Positions 1 through 6,634 of a stretch of 11,544 nucleotides of DNA are shown here, piece by piece. Numbering within the stretch: the stretch's first letter is position 1; each line of letters opens with the position of its first letter. The stretch is from Oscillospiraceae bacterium. GTDB lineage: Bacteria; Bacillota; Clostridia; Oscillospirales; Oscillospiraceae. The DNA lies in contig JAJQCH010000055.1 in NCBI GenBank assembly GCA_021202795.1, forward strand, positions 1 through 11,544. Direction: 5' to 3'. The translations under genes were made by a program, and so were the position numbers. The notes beneath the pieces are model-generated. The model ran no database searches. It saw only the letters and a list, made by a program, of their open reading frames with translations, and was not told the DNA's origin.

Positions 1-62
1 ATTCAATTGCTATGGATTTTTTAGGTGTTCAACTTCATTTTACAATCGACCAATATAAAATA

Positions 63-2033
63 TTATTTTTCTCCTCGTAATTTTACAAGGCGGTCTCTTA
101 TGACTGCCGCATACTCGAACTCCAGCATTTTTGCGGCCTTGCGCATTTGCTTTTCCAGCTTTTCTATTTCTTCCTGCCGCTCCCGTTCGGTCATCTTCAC
201 GCCGCTGGCGGTGACGGCCTCCGCCTCTTCCGCGCTGCCGGAGATTTCGATTAGATCCCGCACGCTCTTCACAATGGTTTTGGGAACGATGCCGTGGGCC
301 TCGTTGTACGCCTGCTGCTTGGCCCGGCGGCGCTCCGTCTCTGTAATGGCGGCCCGCATGGAGGGGGTAATATCGTCGGCGTACATGATGACCGTCCCCT
401 CCGCGTTCCGGGCTGCTCTGCCGATGGTCTGGATAAGGCTGGTCTCTGAGCGGAGAAAGCCCTCCTTGTCCGCGTCCAGGATGGCCACCAGAGACACCTC
501 CGGCAAATCCAGTCCCTCCCGCAGGAGGTTTATGCCCACCAGCACGTCGAACTCGCCCAGGCGCATATCCCGGATGATCTCCATTCGCTCCATGGAGCCG
601 ATGTTGTGGTGCAGATACCGGCTGCGGATGCCCGCGTCGGTGAGGTAGGCGGTCAGATCCTCTGCCATTTTCACGGTCAGGGTGGTGACAAGGGTGCGCT
701 GATTTTTTGCGATGCGCGCCTGAATCTCTCCAATCAGGTCGTCTATCTGGCCCTCCACCGGGCGGACGAGGATCTTCGGGTCAAGAAGCCCGGTGGGGCG
801 GATGACCTGCTCCGCGATCTGGCCCGCCCGCTCCCGCTCGTACTGCCCCGGCGTGGCGGAGACGTATACCGCCTGATGTATCCGACTGTTGAACTCGTCG
901 AAGGTCAGTGGCCGGTTGTCGAAGGCGGAGGGCAGGCGGAAGCCATAGCCCACCAGCGTCTCCTTCCGGCTCCTGTCCCCCCGGTACATGGCCCGCACCT
1001 GGGGCAGGGTGACGTGGCTCTCGTCCACGAACAGGATGAAGTCCTTGGGGAAGTAGTCCAGCAGTGTCATGGGGGCGCTGCCCGGTTCCCGGCCCGATAT
1101 GACACGGGAATAATTCTCTATCCCGGAACAGTAGCCCAGCTCCTGCATCATTTCGATGTCGTATTCCGTCCGCTGCTGGATGCGCTGGGCCTCCAGGAGC
1201 TTTCCCTTTTCCTGGAACAAGGCCACCCGCTCGGCAAGCTCCTTGCGTATCTCCCCGATGGCCCGCTCCATTTTTTCATGAGTGGTGACATAGTGGGAGG
1301 CGGGATATATGGCGCAGTGGCTCACCGTCCGCATGGGCACGCCGGTGACGACATTTATTTCGCTGATGCGGTCGATCTCGTCTCCGAAATATTCCACCCG
1401 AATGGCATGGTCGCGGGCGTAGGCGGGGAATATCTCCACCGTGTCCCCCCGGACGCGGAAGCGGTTTCGCTCAAAGGCCACGTCGTTTCGCTCGTAGCGA
1501 ATTTCCACCAAGCGGCGGAGAAGCTCGTCCATGGGCTTTTCCATCCCAGGCCGCAGGGAGATGACCATGTTGGCGTAGTCGATCGGGTCGCCCAGGCCGT
1601 AAATGCAGCTCACGGAGGAGACGATGATCACGTCCCGCCGCTCAAACAGAGAGCTGGTGGCGCTGTGGCGCAGGCGGTCGATCTCGTCGTTTATGGAGGC
1701 GTCCTTTTCGATGAAGGTGTCCGTGTGGGGAATATAGGCCTCCGGCTGGTAGTAGTCGTAGTAGGAGACAAAATACTCCACCGCGTTCTCCGGGAAAAAC
1801 TCCCGGAACTCCCCGCAGAGCTGGGCGGCCAGAGTCTTGTTGTGGGCCAGCACCAGGGTGGGCCGGTCGAGCCGCTCAATGACCTTCGCCATGGTGTAGG
1901 TCTTGCCGGAGCCAGTCACGCCCAGAAGCACCTGCTCCTCTATTCCGTTTTCCAGCCCCGCCGCCAGGGCCTCGATGGCCTCCGGCTGGTCTCCGGCAGG
2001 CTGATAGTCTGATATTAGCTTAAAATGTCCCAT
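63..2033 (-). CDS. uvrB: Excinuclease ABC subunit B (UvrB), 656 aa
   Basis: Full-length ORF. It has the Walker A motif GVTGSGKT, the [10 protein letters not shown] region, helicase motifs ([14 protein letters not shown]) and a C-terminal UVR coiled coil ([26 protein letters not shown]). The long + strand ORFs inside it are antisense shadows. Confidence 0.97.
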   Translation of the reverse strand: MGHFKLISDYQPAGDQPEAIEALAAGLENGIEEQVLLGVTGSGKTYTMAKVIERLDRPTLVLAHNKTLAAQLCGEFREFFPENAVEYFVSYYDYYQPEAYIPHTDTFIEKDASINDEIDRLRHSATSSLFERRDVIIVSSVSCIYGLGDPIDYANMVISLRPGMEKPMDELLRRLVEIRYERNDVAFERNRFRVRGDTVEIFPAYARDHAIRVEYFGDEIDRISEINVVTGVPMRTVSHCAIYPASHYVTTHEKMERAIGEIRKELAERVALFQEKGKLLEAQRIQQRTEYDIEMMQELGYCSGIENYSRVISGREPGSAPMTLLDYFPKDFILFVDESHVTLPQVRAMYRGDRSRKETLVGYGFRLPSAFDNRPLTFDEFNSRIHQAVYVSATPGQYERERAGQIAEQVIRPTGLLDPKILVRPVEGQIDDLIGEIQARIAKNQRTLVTTLTVKMAEDLTAYLTDAGIRSRYLHHNIGSMERMEIIRDMRLGEFDVLVGINLLREGLDLPEVSLVAILDADKEGFLRSETSLIQTIGRAARNAEGTVIMYADDITPSMRAAITETERRRAKQQAYNEAHGIVPKTIVKSVRDLIEISGSAEEAEAVTASGVKMTERERQEEIEKLEKQMRKAAKMLEFEYAAVIRDRLVKLRGEK

Positions 2034-2072
2034 ACGCGCCCCACCGAAAAATCCTGAATATATCCGCTCCAG

Positions 2073-2160
2073 TTATATCATGTCTTGCGGTTCCGCCCAA
2101 AGAGCGGGAGCAAGACGATTGAAATTAAAATATAAAAACGACCTGGCGTTATTATATCAC
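2073..2160 (-). promoter_or_regulatory. Candidate uvrB promoter region with two extended -10 motifs
   Basis: Read on the minus strand: TGATATAAT (2159..2151) and TGATATAAC (about 2081..2073), lying 118 and 40 nt upstream of the uvrB ATG. No good -35 element and no complete LexA/Cheo box were seen. Confidence 0.3.
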
Positions 2161-2343
2161 GTCCGCCCGCCGATGAAAAGTGGGGAAAAGCCGCTACAGT
2201 CTGTCAAAAAAGGGAATATATACGCCCGCGCAGATGCAAAAGAGAAGCACGCCATGCGATACACACATCACCGAGGCTTGGCCGCTGTCACTTGATGGGT
2301 CAAGCTCAAATTTGCTGCCATGAACCTGAAAAAGCTGGCAACC

Positions 2344-2370
2344 TGGGCGTGGAATTCGCCCACCTTTTTT
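2344..2370 (+). terminator. Weak plus-strand intrinsic terminator-like hairpin
   Basis: TGGGCG (2344-2349) pairs with CGCCCA (2357-2362) around a 7-nt loop, followed by CC and T6 (2365-2370). No convincing plus-strand gene lies upstream. Confidence 0.35.
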
Positions 2371-2399
2371 AGATTTTTCTTCTTTTTTCCTCCCTGCAA

Positions 2400-2438
2400 G
2401 CAAAAAACAGCAGTTCCGGCTTGAGCCGTTCTGCTGTT
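2400..2438 (-). terminator. Minus-strand intrinsic terminator
   Basis: AACAGCAG (2406-2413) pairs with CTGCTGTT (2431-2438), with an inner CGGC/GCCG extension. The A-run 2402-2407 becomes a U-tract on the minus-strand transcript. Confidence 0.55.
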
Positions 2439-2451
2439 CTTTGACAGGTTG

Positions 2452-2483
2452 AAACCCTGGAGTCACTGAGACTCCAGGGTTTT
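2452..2483. terminator. Perfect 13-bp hairpin just downstream of the tRNA 3' fragment (terminator-like)
   Basis: AAACCCTGGAGTC (2452-2464) pairs with GACTCCAGGGTTT (2470-2482) around a 5-nt loop. It starts 5 nt after the CCA end of the minus-strand tRNA fragment. Short T/A runs flank both sides. Confidence 0.5.
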
Positions 2484-2487
2484 CCAC

Positions 2488-2510
2488 TGGCAGCGGGAGA
2501 AGGATTCGAA
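2488..2510 (-). other. Orphan tRNA 3' end (T-loop, T-stem 3' strand, acceptor 3' strand, discriminator G, CCA); probable att core at the element/host junction
   Basis: The minus strand reads TTCGAAT-CCTTC-TCCCGCT-G-CCA. The required T-stem 5' strand (GAAGG) and acceptor 5' strand (AGCGGGA) are absent upstream, so this is a fragment and not a gene. It overlaps an imperfect 20-bp palindrome, GGATTCGAATTGTCGAACCC (2502-2521). Confidence 0.55.
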
Positions 2511-2522
2511 TTGTCGAACCCC

Positions 2523-2600
2523 TGTCCACAGCCGTCCACGATTGTCTAAAAACCCTGAAAAATCAATGCTTTCCGGATTCGGTTTGTCCACCGGTGTCCA
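2523..2600. repeat. Two pairs of 10-bp-phased direct repeats YGTCCA (candidate recombinase arm-type sites)
   Basis: TGTCCA at 2523-2528 and CGTCCA at 2533-2538; TGTCCA at 2585-2590 and at 2595-2600. Each pair is spaced exactly 10 bp apart and lies just inside the att-like junction. Confidence 0.4.
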
Positions 2601-2614
2601 TTGTTGTTCATCCT

Positions 2615-2638
2615 CTTAGGGGAAAACTTAGGGGAAAA
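2615..2638. repeat. Perfect 12-bp tandem duplication CTTAGGGGAAAA x2
   Basis: 2615-2626 and 2627-2638 are identical, followed by a partial third unit (CTT). The repeat sits between the last ORF stop (2643) and the arm repeats. Function unknown. Confidence 0.85.
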
Positions 2639-2642
2639 CTTT

Positions 2643-2897
2643 TCATACCTTTTCCACTTTGCTGTCCTGTTTAATGGACAGCAAAGTGGAACATTGAAGA
2701 TACCTTTCATCTACGTCAAAATCAAGACCTATGTCCGCCCGCTCATCAACCGGGCAGGCGTCCCGAATGACCGAAAGCGTTTCAGCATACCCCAAAAGCT
2801 CCCCCCGCTCCACCTCGTTTAGATTAGGCCGGCTTTTCAGTTCGTCCGCATATTCCACCAGTGTTGAAATAATATCATGCAATATGGTTTTGTTCAT
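2643..2897 (-). CDS. Hypothetical 84-aa acidic protein (possible second/orphan immunity-type gene)
   Basis: The ATG at 2897 follows a GAGGG Shine-Dalgarno motif with a 5-nt spacer, embedded in the end of the upstream ORF, whose stop is at 2899-2901. I recognise no family. Confidence 0.6.
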   Translation of the reverse strand: MNKTILHDIISTLVEYADELKSRPNLNEVERGELLGYAETLSVIRDACPVDERADIGLDFDVDERYLQCSTLLSIKQDSKVEKV

Positions 2898-2898
2898 A

Positions 2899-3192
2899 TC
2901 AACCCTCTATCTCTTGGAACATATCGCGGAACAGGTCATCTACGGTCACATAATCTTCAATGTAAAACAAGTCTCCGTCCTCAAACCGCCCTAAAACAGC
3001 ATCCTCTTTGCTATCTGCGTATTCAATCCCTAAGGCAAAACGGCCAGGAAAAGCGAACGGCATGAACGGTGTTCCATGTTGATTTACAAAATATGTTCGT
3101 TCTCCGAAATTTTCTTGTTTATAAACTTTTGAAAGCTTTTCTTTAATTTTTCCCAACCATTCAGTTATCCTGCTTTGTTCCATCGAGTCCAT
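2899..3192 (-). CDS. Hypothetical 97-aa protein, candidate immunity partner of the MuF C-terminal module
   Basis: I place the start at ATG 3192 (MDSMEQSRITEW...), preceded by AAGGAGGG about 10 nt upstream. It overlaps the last 32 nt of the MuF-like gene in another frame. The 140-aa version in the ORF track would overlap that gene far more and has no RBS. Confidence 0.6.
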   Translation of the reverse strand: MDSMEQSRITEWLGKIKEKLSKVYKQENFGERTYFVNQHGTPFMPFAFPGRFALGIEYADSKEDAVLGRFEDGDLFYIEDYVTVDDLFRDMFQEIEG

Positions 3193-4207
3193 AGCGGTGA
3201 GTCCCTCCTTTTCCTGTGGATATTTTATAATATGCTCCATCGTGATGACTACCCTTTTCTGGATGATACTGAAGAAGACCGCCATCTGAAAAATTGACTT
3301 TAAAACCGCCGCCATCTTCAAACGTGATACCTTTTAGTCGCCCTTGCGCCAGCGGTTTTACTTTTAGGCCGGCGCGTTCCAATGCGTCTTTGAGCGAGCT
3401 TGGCGTATACGATGAGAGTCGACCTGGAGCCGCAGCCAGTTCCTCAGGCAGGGACTTAATCCCGATTGTTTTTCTTTCCTCTATTGTAGCAGCATCTGCG
3501 CTGCTTGTCACCGGCTTTTTCGTCCAGACATCTTCCTTGCTGCCATCGCCGGGGTCATATGTAACCGTACACCGGCAATTCTTGTGGCGGCGGAATATGT
3601 CTTTTGGATGCTGGCCGTATTCGTATGTCCCCGCCAGGGACATACACCAGTCACAGCAGCCGCCTACCACCTTTCGGGTGATTGTGGGCTTTAGCCCGGC
3701 TTGATAGTGGAATTCCGCATTAGACTGGACGAAATCGTCCGCAAAGCTCTGCGTGATGTTAACGACAGATTCGCCGATTACCTTCTGAGCCGCTTCAATG
3801 TTCTCAGCGTTGACGGCGGTGTTCACGATACCTTCAACCCGCTCAGTGTCCAGCTCTGCTGTTATGGGCTTAATACCTATGCCGGCGGCTTCGTTGAGGG
3901 TCTGCTGTACCTGCGTGGCCACGTCCGTAACCATCTCATAGCTCTGCTGCAATGTGGGCGGAATAGTCCGCTCTGCGATGTTATAATACAGCGTACCATC
4001 CGGCAGCGTTTCCGCCGTCAGGTTTATTTTCAGGGCAGAGGCAGCGTATTCGCCGATCAGCAGAGCATACTCCTCTGTCTCCGCGTGTGTAGCCGTTCCT
4101 GCCGCGACCTTCTCTAGCAGAGCGGTTATGTCCGCGTCAGCCGCCACAAAATCGGCAAATGATTTCTGTATGGCCTCCAGCAGCTCAGGGACTATATCAT
4201 CTGCCAT
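3161..4207 (-). CDS. Phage head-morphogenesis protein (Mu F / SPP1 gp7-like minor capsid protein) with an extra ~90-aa C-terminal module
   Basis: The GGCCDWC...RRHKNCRCTV motif (residues 184-214) is characteristic of the MuF/gp7 family. A GGAGGG SD lies 5 nt before the ATG at 4207. After a Ser/Ala/Pro linker, residues ~262-348 form a separate Gly/His-rich module (LLQYHPEKGSHHDGAYYKISTGKGGTHRYG). Confidence 0.8.
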   Translation of the reverse strand: MADDIVPELLEAIQKSFADFVAADADITALLEKVAAGTATHAETEEYALLIGEYAASALKINLTAETLPDGTLYYNIAERTIPPTLQQSYEMVTDVATQVQQTLNEAAGIGIKPITAELDTERVEGIVNTAVNAENIEAAQKVIGESVVNITQSFADDFVQSNAEFHYQAGLKPTITRKVVGGCCDWCMSLAGTYEYGQHPKDIFRRHKNCRCTVTYDPGDGSKEDVWTKKPVTSSADAATIEERKTIGIKSLPEELAAAPGRLSSYTPSSLKDALERAGLKVKPLAQGRLKGITFEDGGGFKVNFSDGGLLQYHPEKGSHHDGAYYKISTGKGGTHRYGLDGTKQDN

Positions 4208-4208
4208 G

Positions 4209-4970
4209 TTATCCCTCCAGTCCGTTTATTTTCTTTGCCTTTTCCCGCAGCCGTTCCCGCTGCATTGCTATTTCCTCCACCGATGACGTACCCGTGGAAT
4301 TAAACCGGGTCACGCCCACATGAAAAAAATAGTCCGTTTGTTCCTCCACGAATTGGTCAAGCCCGGTCAGGTGCTTCGACCGCCGTAGCTCTCCAAGCGC
4401 CTTTCTCTCTTGCTGTTCAACGCTGGTTGCAGAACAGCCCAAGCTTGCCGCGATCTCACGCCGGGGCCTATCCTGATAATGCCGGGCCTCTACAATGGCC
4501 CGTTGTTTAGGCGTCAGGCGCTCCAGCGCCCCCGTCATGGCTTTATGAAGCTGTTGGAGCCACATATCCCGCTCTGTGTTGTCAAAAGCCCCGTTGTCAG
4601 CCTCCAGCGTGTCAGCTAGGGTGACATCTCCATCGTCCGTGATCGGCGCGTCAAGGCTCAGCGCGGCGGCCAGGGCGTCCCTCTTGGATGTTCGCAGCCC
4701 CGCAGCCTCTGCAAAGGCCCGTTGCAGGTAATACCCGAACCAGGCCAGGAAGCTGCCCTTGTCAGGGTCGAAGCTGTCCACGGCGTCCAGCATGGCCAGA
4801 AAACCGCATTGGGCCAGATCGTCCAGCTCCAGGCCGTGGCCGTACCCCTGGAGGCTTGCCAGATAGCGCCCGGCCTGTTGATATACGAACCGCCTGACCT
4901 GTTCCCACAGTGTGCCGATATGCTCCTGCTCCCCGGCTTGGAGCAGCCCGGCCAAATCCTCATTCGTCAT
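4209..4970 (-). CDS. Sigma-70 family (ECF-like) RNA polymerase sigma factor with a C-terminal extension, 253 aa
   Basis: Region 2-like segment DDLAQCGFLAMLDAVDSFDPDKGSFLAWFGYYLQRAF. Region 4 HTH LTPKQRAIVEARHYQDRPRREIAASLGCSATSVEQQERKALGELRR. About 55 further residues follow. I chose the start at ATG 4970; the ORF is open up to TTG 5084, but that start has no RBS. Confidence 0.75.
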   Translation of the reverse strand: MTNEDLAGLLQAGEQEHIGTLWEQVRRFVYQQAGRYLASLQGYGHGLELDDLAQCGFLAMLDAVDSFDPDKGSFLAWFGYYLQRAFAEAAGLRTSKRDALAAALSLDAPITDDGDVTLADTLEADNGAFDNTERDMWLQQLHKAMTGALERLTPKQRAIVEARHYQDRPRREIAASLGCSATSVEQQERKALGELRRSKHLTGLDQFVEEQTDYFFHVGVTRFNSTGTSSVEEIAMQRERLREKAKKINGLEG

Positions 4971-4978
4971 GTAGAACC

Positions 4979-5098
4979 CTATGCGTTTTTTTGAGTACTG
5001 ACCGTCGAAGTCCTTCCAGGCGAGGGGGGCGGGGGGTATACCCCCCCTATAGCCGCCGGGAAATTTTTGCTGACGGAAAAGCAAGCATTTTTACACAT
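4979..5098 (-). CDS. Possible 39-codon leader ORF with a polyproline stretch (MCKNACFSVSKNFPAAIGGVYPPPPSPGRTSTVSTQKNA)
   Basis: It has the best SD in this gap: AAAGGGGGA with a 6-nt spacer before ATG 5098. Its stop (4979-4981) lies 8 nt upstream of the sigma ATG, which has only a weak SD of its own. Short and unconserved-looking, so speculative. Confidence 0.25.
   Translation of the reverse strand: MCKNACFSVSKNFPAAIGGVYPPPPSPGRTSTVSTQKNA
5031..5046. promoter_or_regulatory. Perfect 16-bp palindrome GGGGGGTATACCCCCC upstream of the sigma gene (function unknown)
   Basis: G6 (5031-5036), TATA (5037-5040), C6 (5041-5046). Preceded by another G6 run (5024-5029). Confidence 0.5.
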
Positions 5099-5217
5099 GG
5101 TCAATCCCCCTTTTCTCTTTTGTGTCCAATCGGCGCCGCGCCGGTCGAGGGGCAGCAGCCTGTTGTTTTACGTTGCCGATATTACCGTCTGCGTGGAGCG
5201 GGCCATGCTTCAGATTG

Positions 5218-5406
5218 TCAGCGCCAATAGACTTGATCGTCGAGTAGCTGTTTTATAAAACGGCGCTGCCTTTCTTCCTGGTATAGCCGGGGGGTATCTT
5301 CGGCATATCCGGCCTCTTTCTGGTTCGTTGCCCTGGCCTTTTCTTGCTGGGCCTTGTTCTGTACCATAAGAGAAAACAGCCCTTCAAGCTCCCTGTCTTC
5401 CATCAT
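5218..5406 (-). CDS. Hypothetical 62-aa protein
   Basis: ATG 5406 overlaps the TGA of the upstream ORF in an ATGA arrangement at 5406..5403, suggesting translational coupling. No family recognised. Confidence 0.45.
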   Translation of the reverse strand: MMEDRELEGLFSLMVQNKAQQEKARATNQKEAGYAEDTPRLYQEERQRRFIKQLLDDQVYWR

Positions 5407-5990
5407 ACGCGGTTCCACACTTTAGGGGCGGGGGTGGTACGCTTGCCGGTATATACACCGTACTGGTGATTGGTTATACCCGCATCACTCCAGAATATAG
5501 TCCCCTGTACCTTTGCGGTTCGCTCTCTTTCTGGTTTGCTGCCGATGTATAGATCACTCTGCAAGGTATGCAATACTTCATTGGCAGCCTTTGCAGAGGC
5601 GGACAGCGTGGCGCCTATTTCGTGCATTTGATCGGACAGCGTGGCGAGCTTCTCGCGGGCTTCGTCTTCCTCTGCCTGCACTTCGTCCAATATGGCATTG
5701 ATCAGTTTGTCCCGCTCTTCTTCGCTGATAAGGGCGGTTGCCTGAACCTTGTTTCGCTTCATCTCGTACATTTCCCGCGCGTCCTCAGCGTTGCGGCGGG
5801 CGTCCTTCGCTTTCTGATATGCCTTCGTGTCTCCGGCGTCTGCGGCGACAGCAGCGGCCTTGTCCGCGGCCTCTGCGCTGGTGATCTCGTTCTGAATTTT
5901 GCCTTCCAGGTCTGCGAGTTCCGCGGCCCGTTGGGCCAGAATCTCCTCAGCCCGTGCCTTTGCAGTGTTGACGGCTTTCATGTTTTTCAT
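5403..5990 (-). CDS. Hypothetical coiled-coil protein, about 195 aa
   Basis: Ala/Glu/Lys-rich heptad-like sequence (MKNMKAVNTAKARAEEILAQRAAELADLEGK...) with a short non-helical C-terminus. The start is uncertain: ATG 5990 or 5981. The ORF-track start at 6035 is a TTG that overlaps the upstream gene. Confidence 0.55.
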   Translation of the reverse strand: MKNMKAVNTAKARAEEILAQRAAELADLEGKIQNEITSAEAADKAAAVAADAGDTKAYQKAKDARRNAEDAREMYEMKRNKVQATALISEEERDKLINAILDEVQAEEDEAREKLATLSDQMHEIGATLSASAKAANEVLHTLQSDLYIGSKPERERTAKVQGTIFWSDAGITNHQYGVYTGKRTTPAPKVWNRV

Positions 5991-6019
5991 AGCTGTTTCA
6001 ATAAATCCTTTCAAAAAAA

Positions 6020-6562
6020 TCAAGTACGGAAACAAGAAGAACGTTTCCGCGTGGTATCGGACGCTGTGGCCCGCTTTTCTTCGGTATATTGTGATTGATC
6101 TTCATCGTGGGGCCGTGTCATAGCTGCCTGGCAGGCACCCGCTCCCGCTCCTTCGGCTTTTCCCGCCTCCTGCAGTGCAGAGCAGTGCATCCGTTTAACC
6201 CAGCGTGTACTGTAATGCATCGCCCCGGCGATCTGTTCCCAGGTCTGACCGTCGATGTACCGGCGGCGCAGCAGCTCCCGGTGACGGGCATCCTCCACAG
6301 CAGAGATAGAAGCCTCAATCTCCTGCCGCAGGGCAAGCAGCGCCTCTACCTGGGCGGCAAGCTCCCGCGTCAGCTCATCCACATGGGCGGCTGCGGCCTC
6401 AACACTATCCCCGGTGACAGGCGGGGCCGTGCCATAGCTGACCGTCAGGCGCCGCGCCTGGGCCTTCCATCGGTCAATCTCCCGCTCCAGTCTTGCCGCC
6501 TGTTGCCCCGCCTCCCGGTAGCGCTGCAAATATGCCTTTGTTTCGTCGATGGTCAATAACAC
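6020..6562 (-). CDS. Sigma-70 region-4-like HTH regulator (phage late-gene activator type, DUF1492/RinA-ArpU-like), 180 aa
   Basis: An N-terminal coiled coil is followed by HRELLRRRYIDGQTWEQIAGAMHYSTRWVKRMHCSALQE, a region-4-type HTH. The start is GTG 6562, with a GGGGG SD 4-5 nt upstream. Confidence 0.7.
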   Translation of the reverse strand: MLLTIDETKAYLQRYREAGQQAARLEREIDRWKAQARRLTVSYGTAPPVTGDSVEAAAAHVDELTRELAAQVEALLALRQEIEASISAVEDARHRELLRRRYIDGQTWEQIAGAMHYSTRWVKRMHCSALQEAGKAEGAGAGACQAAMTRPHDEDQSQYTEEKRATASDTTRKRSSCFRT

Positions 6563-6633
6563 CGCGCCCCCTTACTCAGCCGTTTCCTCCCGCTCCCGGC
6601 GGGAATTTTCGATTTTCCGTTTTTGCCTTCCAT
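6553..6633 (-). CDS. Possible 26-codon basic micro-ORF bridging two genes
   Basis: ATG 6633 has a GGGAGA SD 5 nt upstream, inside the end of the replisome-organizer gene. Its stop overlaps the GTG start at 6562. Peptide: MEGKNGKSKIPAGSGRKRLSKGARCY. It may only serve translational coupling. Confidence 0.25.
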   Translation of the reverse strand: MEGKNGKSKIPAGSGRKRLSKGARCY

Positions 6634-6634
6634 G

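Noticed and set aside
25-2012. Long plus-strand ORFs (207 aa at 25-648 and 468 aa at 606-2012), plus the small minus-strand ORF at 1691-1879, all inside uvrB.
   Set aside because: They are antisense or alternative-frame shadows of a high-GC, clearly conserved uvrB. Their composition is Arg/Gly/Pro/Val-rich and they have no RBS.
2040-2200. A LexA (Cheo-type GAAC-N4-GTTC) SOS box upstream of uvrB.
   Set aside because: Only a half-site-like GAACCGCAAGAC is present, with no full inverted repeat.
2080-2529. ORFs at 2080-2295 (+, 71 aa) and 2194-2529 (-, 111 aa) in the uvrB-proximal spacer.
   Set aside because: They have no SD and implausible composition. The minus-strand ORF runs through three terminator hairpins and the tRNA fragment.
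2488-2563. A complete tRNA gene, or a tmRNA 3' end, on the minus strand ending in CCA at 2488.
   Set aside because: Only the T-loop, T-stem 3' strand and acceptor 3' strand are present. The 76 nt upstream contain no complementary acceptor 5' strand (AGCGGGA) and no T-stem 5' strand (GAAGG). The acceptor does not fit the GGGG...CCACCA ends of tmRNA.
2521-2600. The GTCCAC-type repeats read as a DnaA-box cluster (TGTCCACA resembles TTATCCACA).
   Set aside because: Only one copy comes close to the 9-mer consensus. The 10-bp phased pairs next to a tRNA-fragment junction fit recombinase arm sites better, and no AT-rich unwinding element lies nearby.
3161-3321. The 140-aa version of the ORF downstream of MuF, starting at 3321.
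   Set aside because: It would overlap 160 nt of the MuF gene, with a hydrophobic junk-like N-terminus and no SD. The internal ATG at 3192 has a strong AAGGAGGG SD.
4209-5084. The full 291-aa version of the sigma factor, starting at TTG 5084.
   Set aside because: No RBS precedes it. The first 38 residues are not sigma-like, whereas ATG 4970 gives a typical region-2 N-terminus. Since the frame is open, the longer form is not fully excluded.
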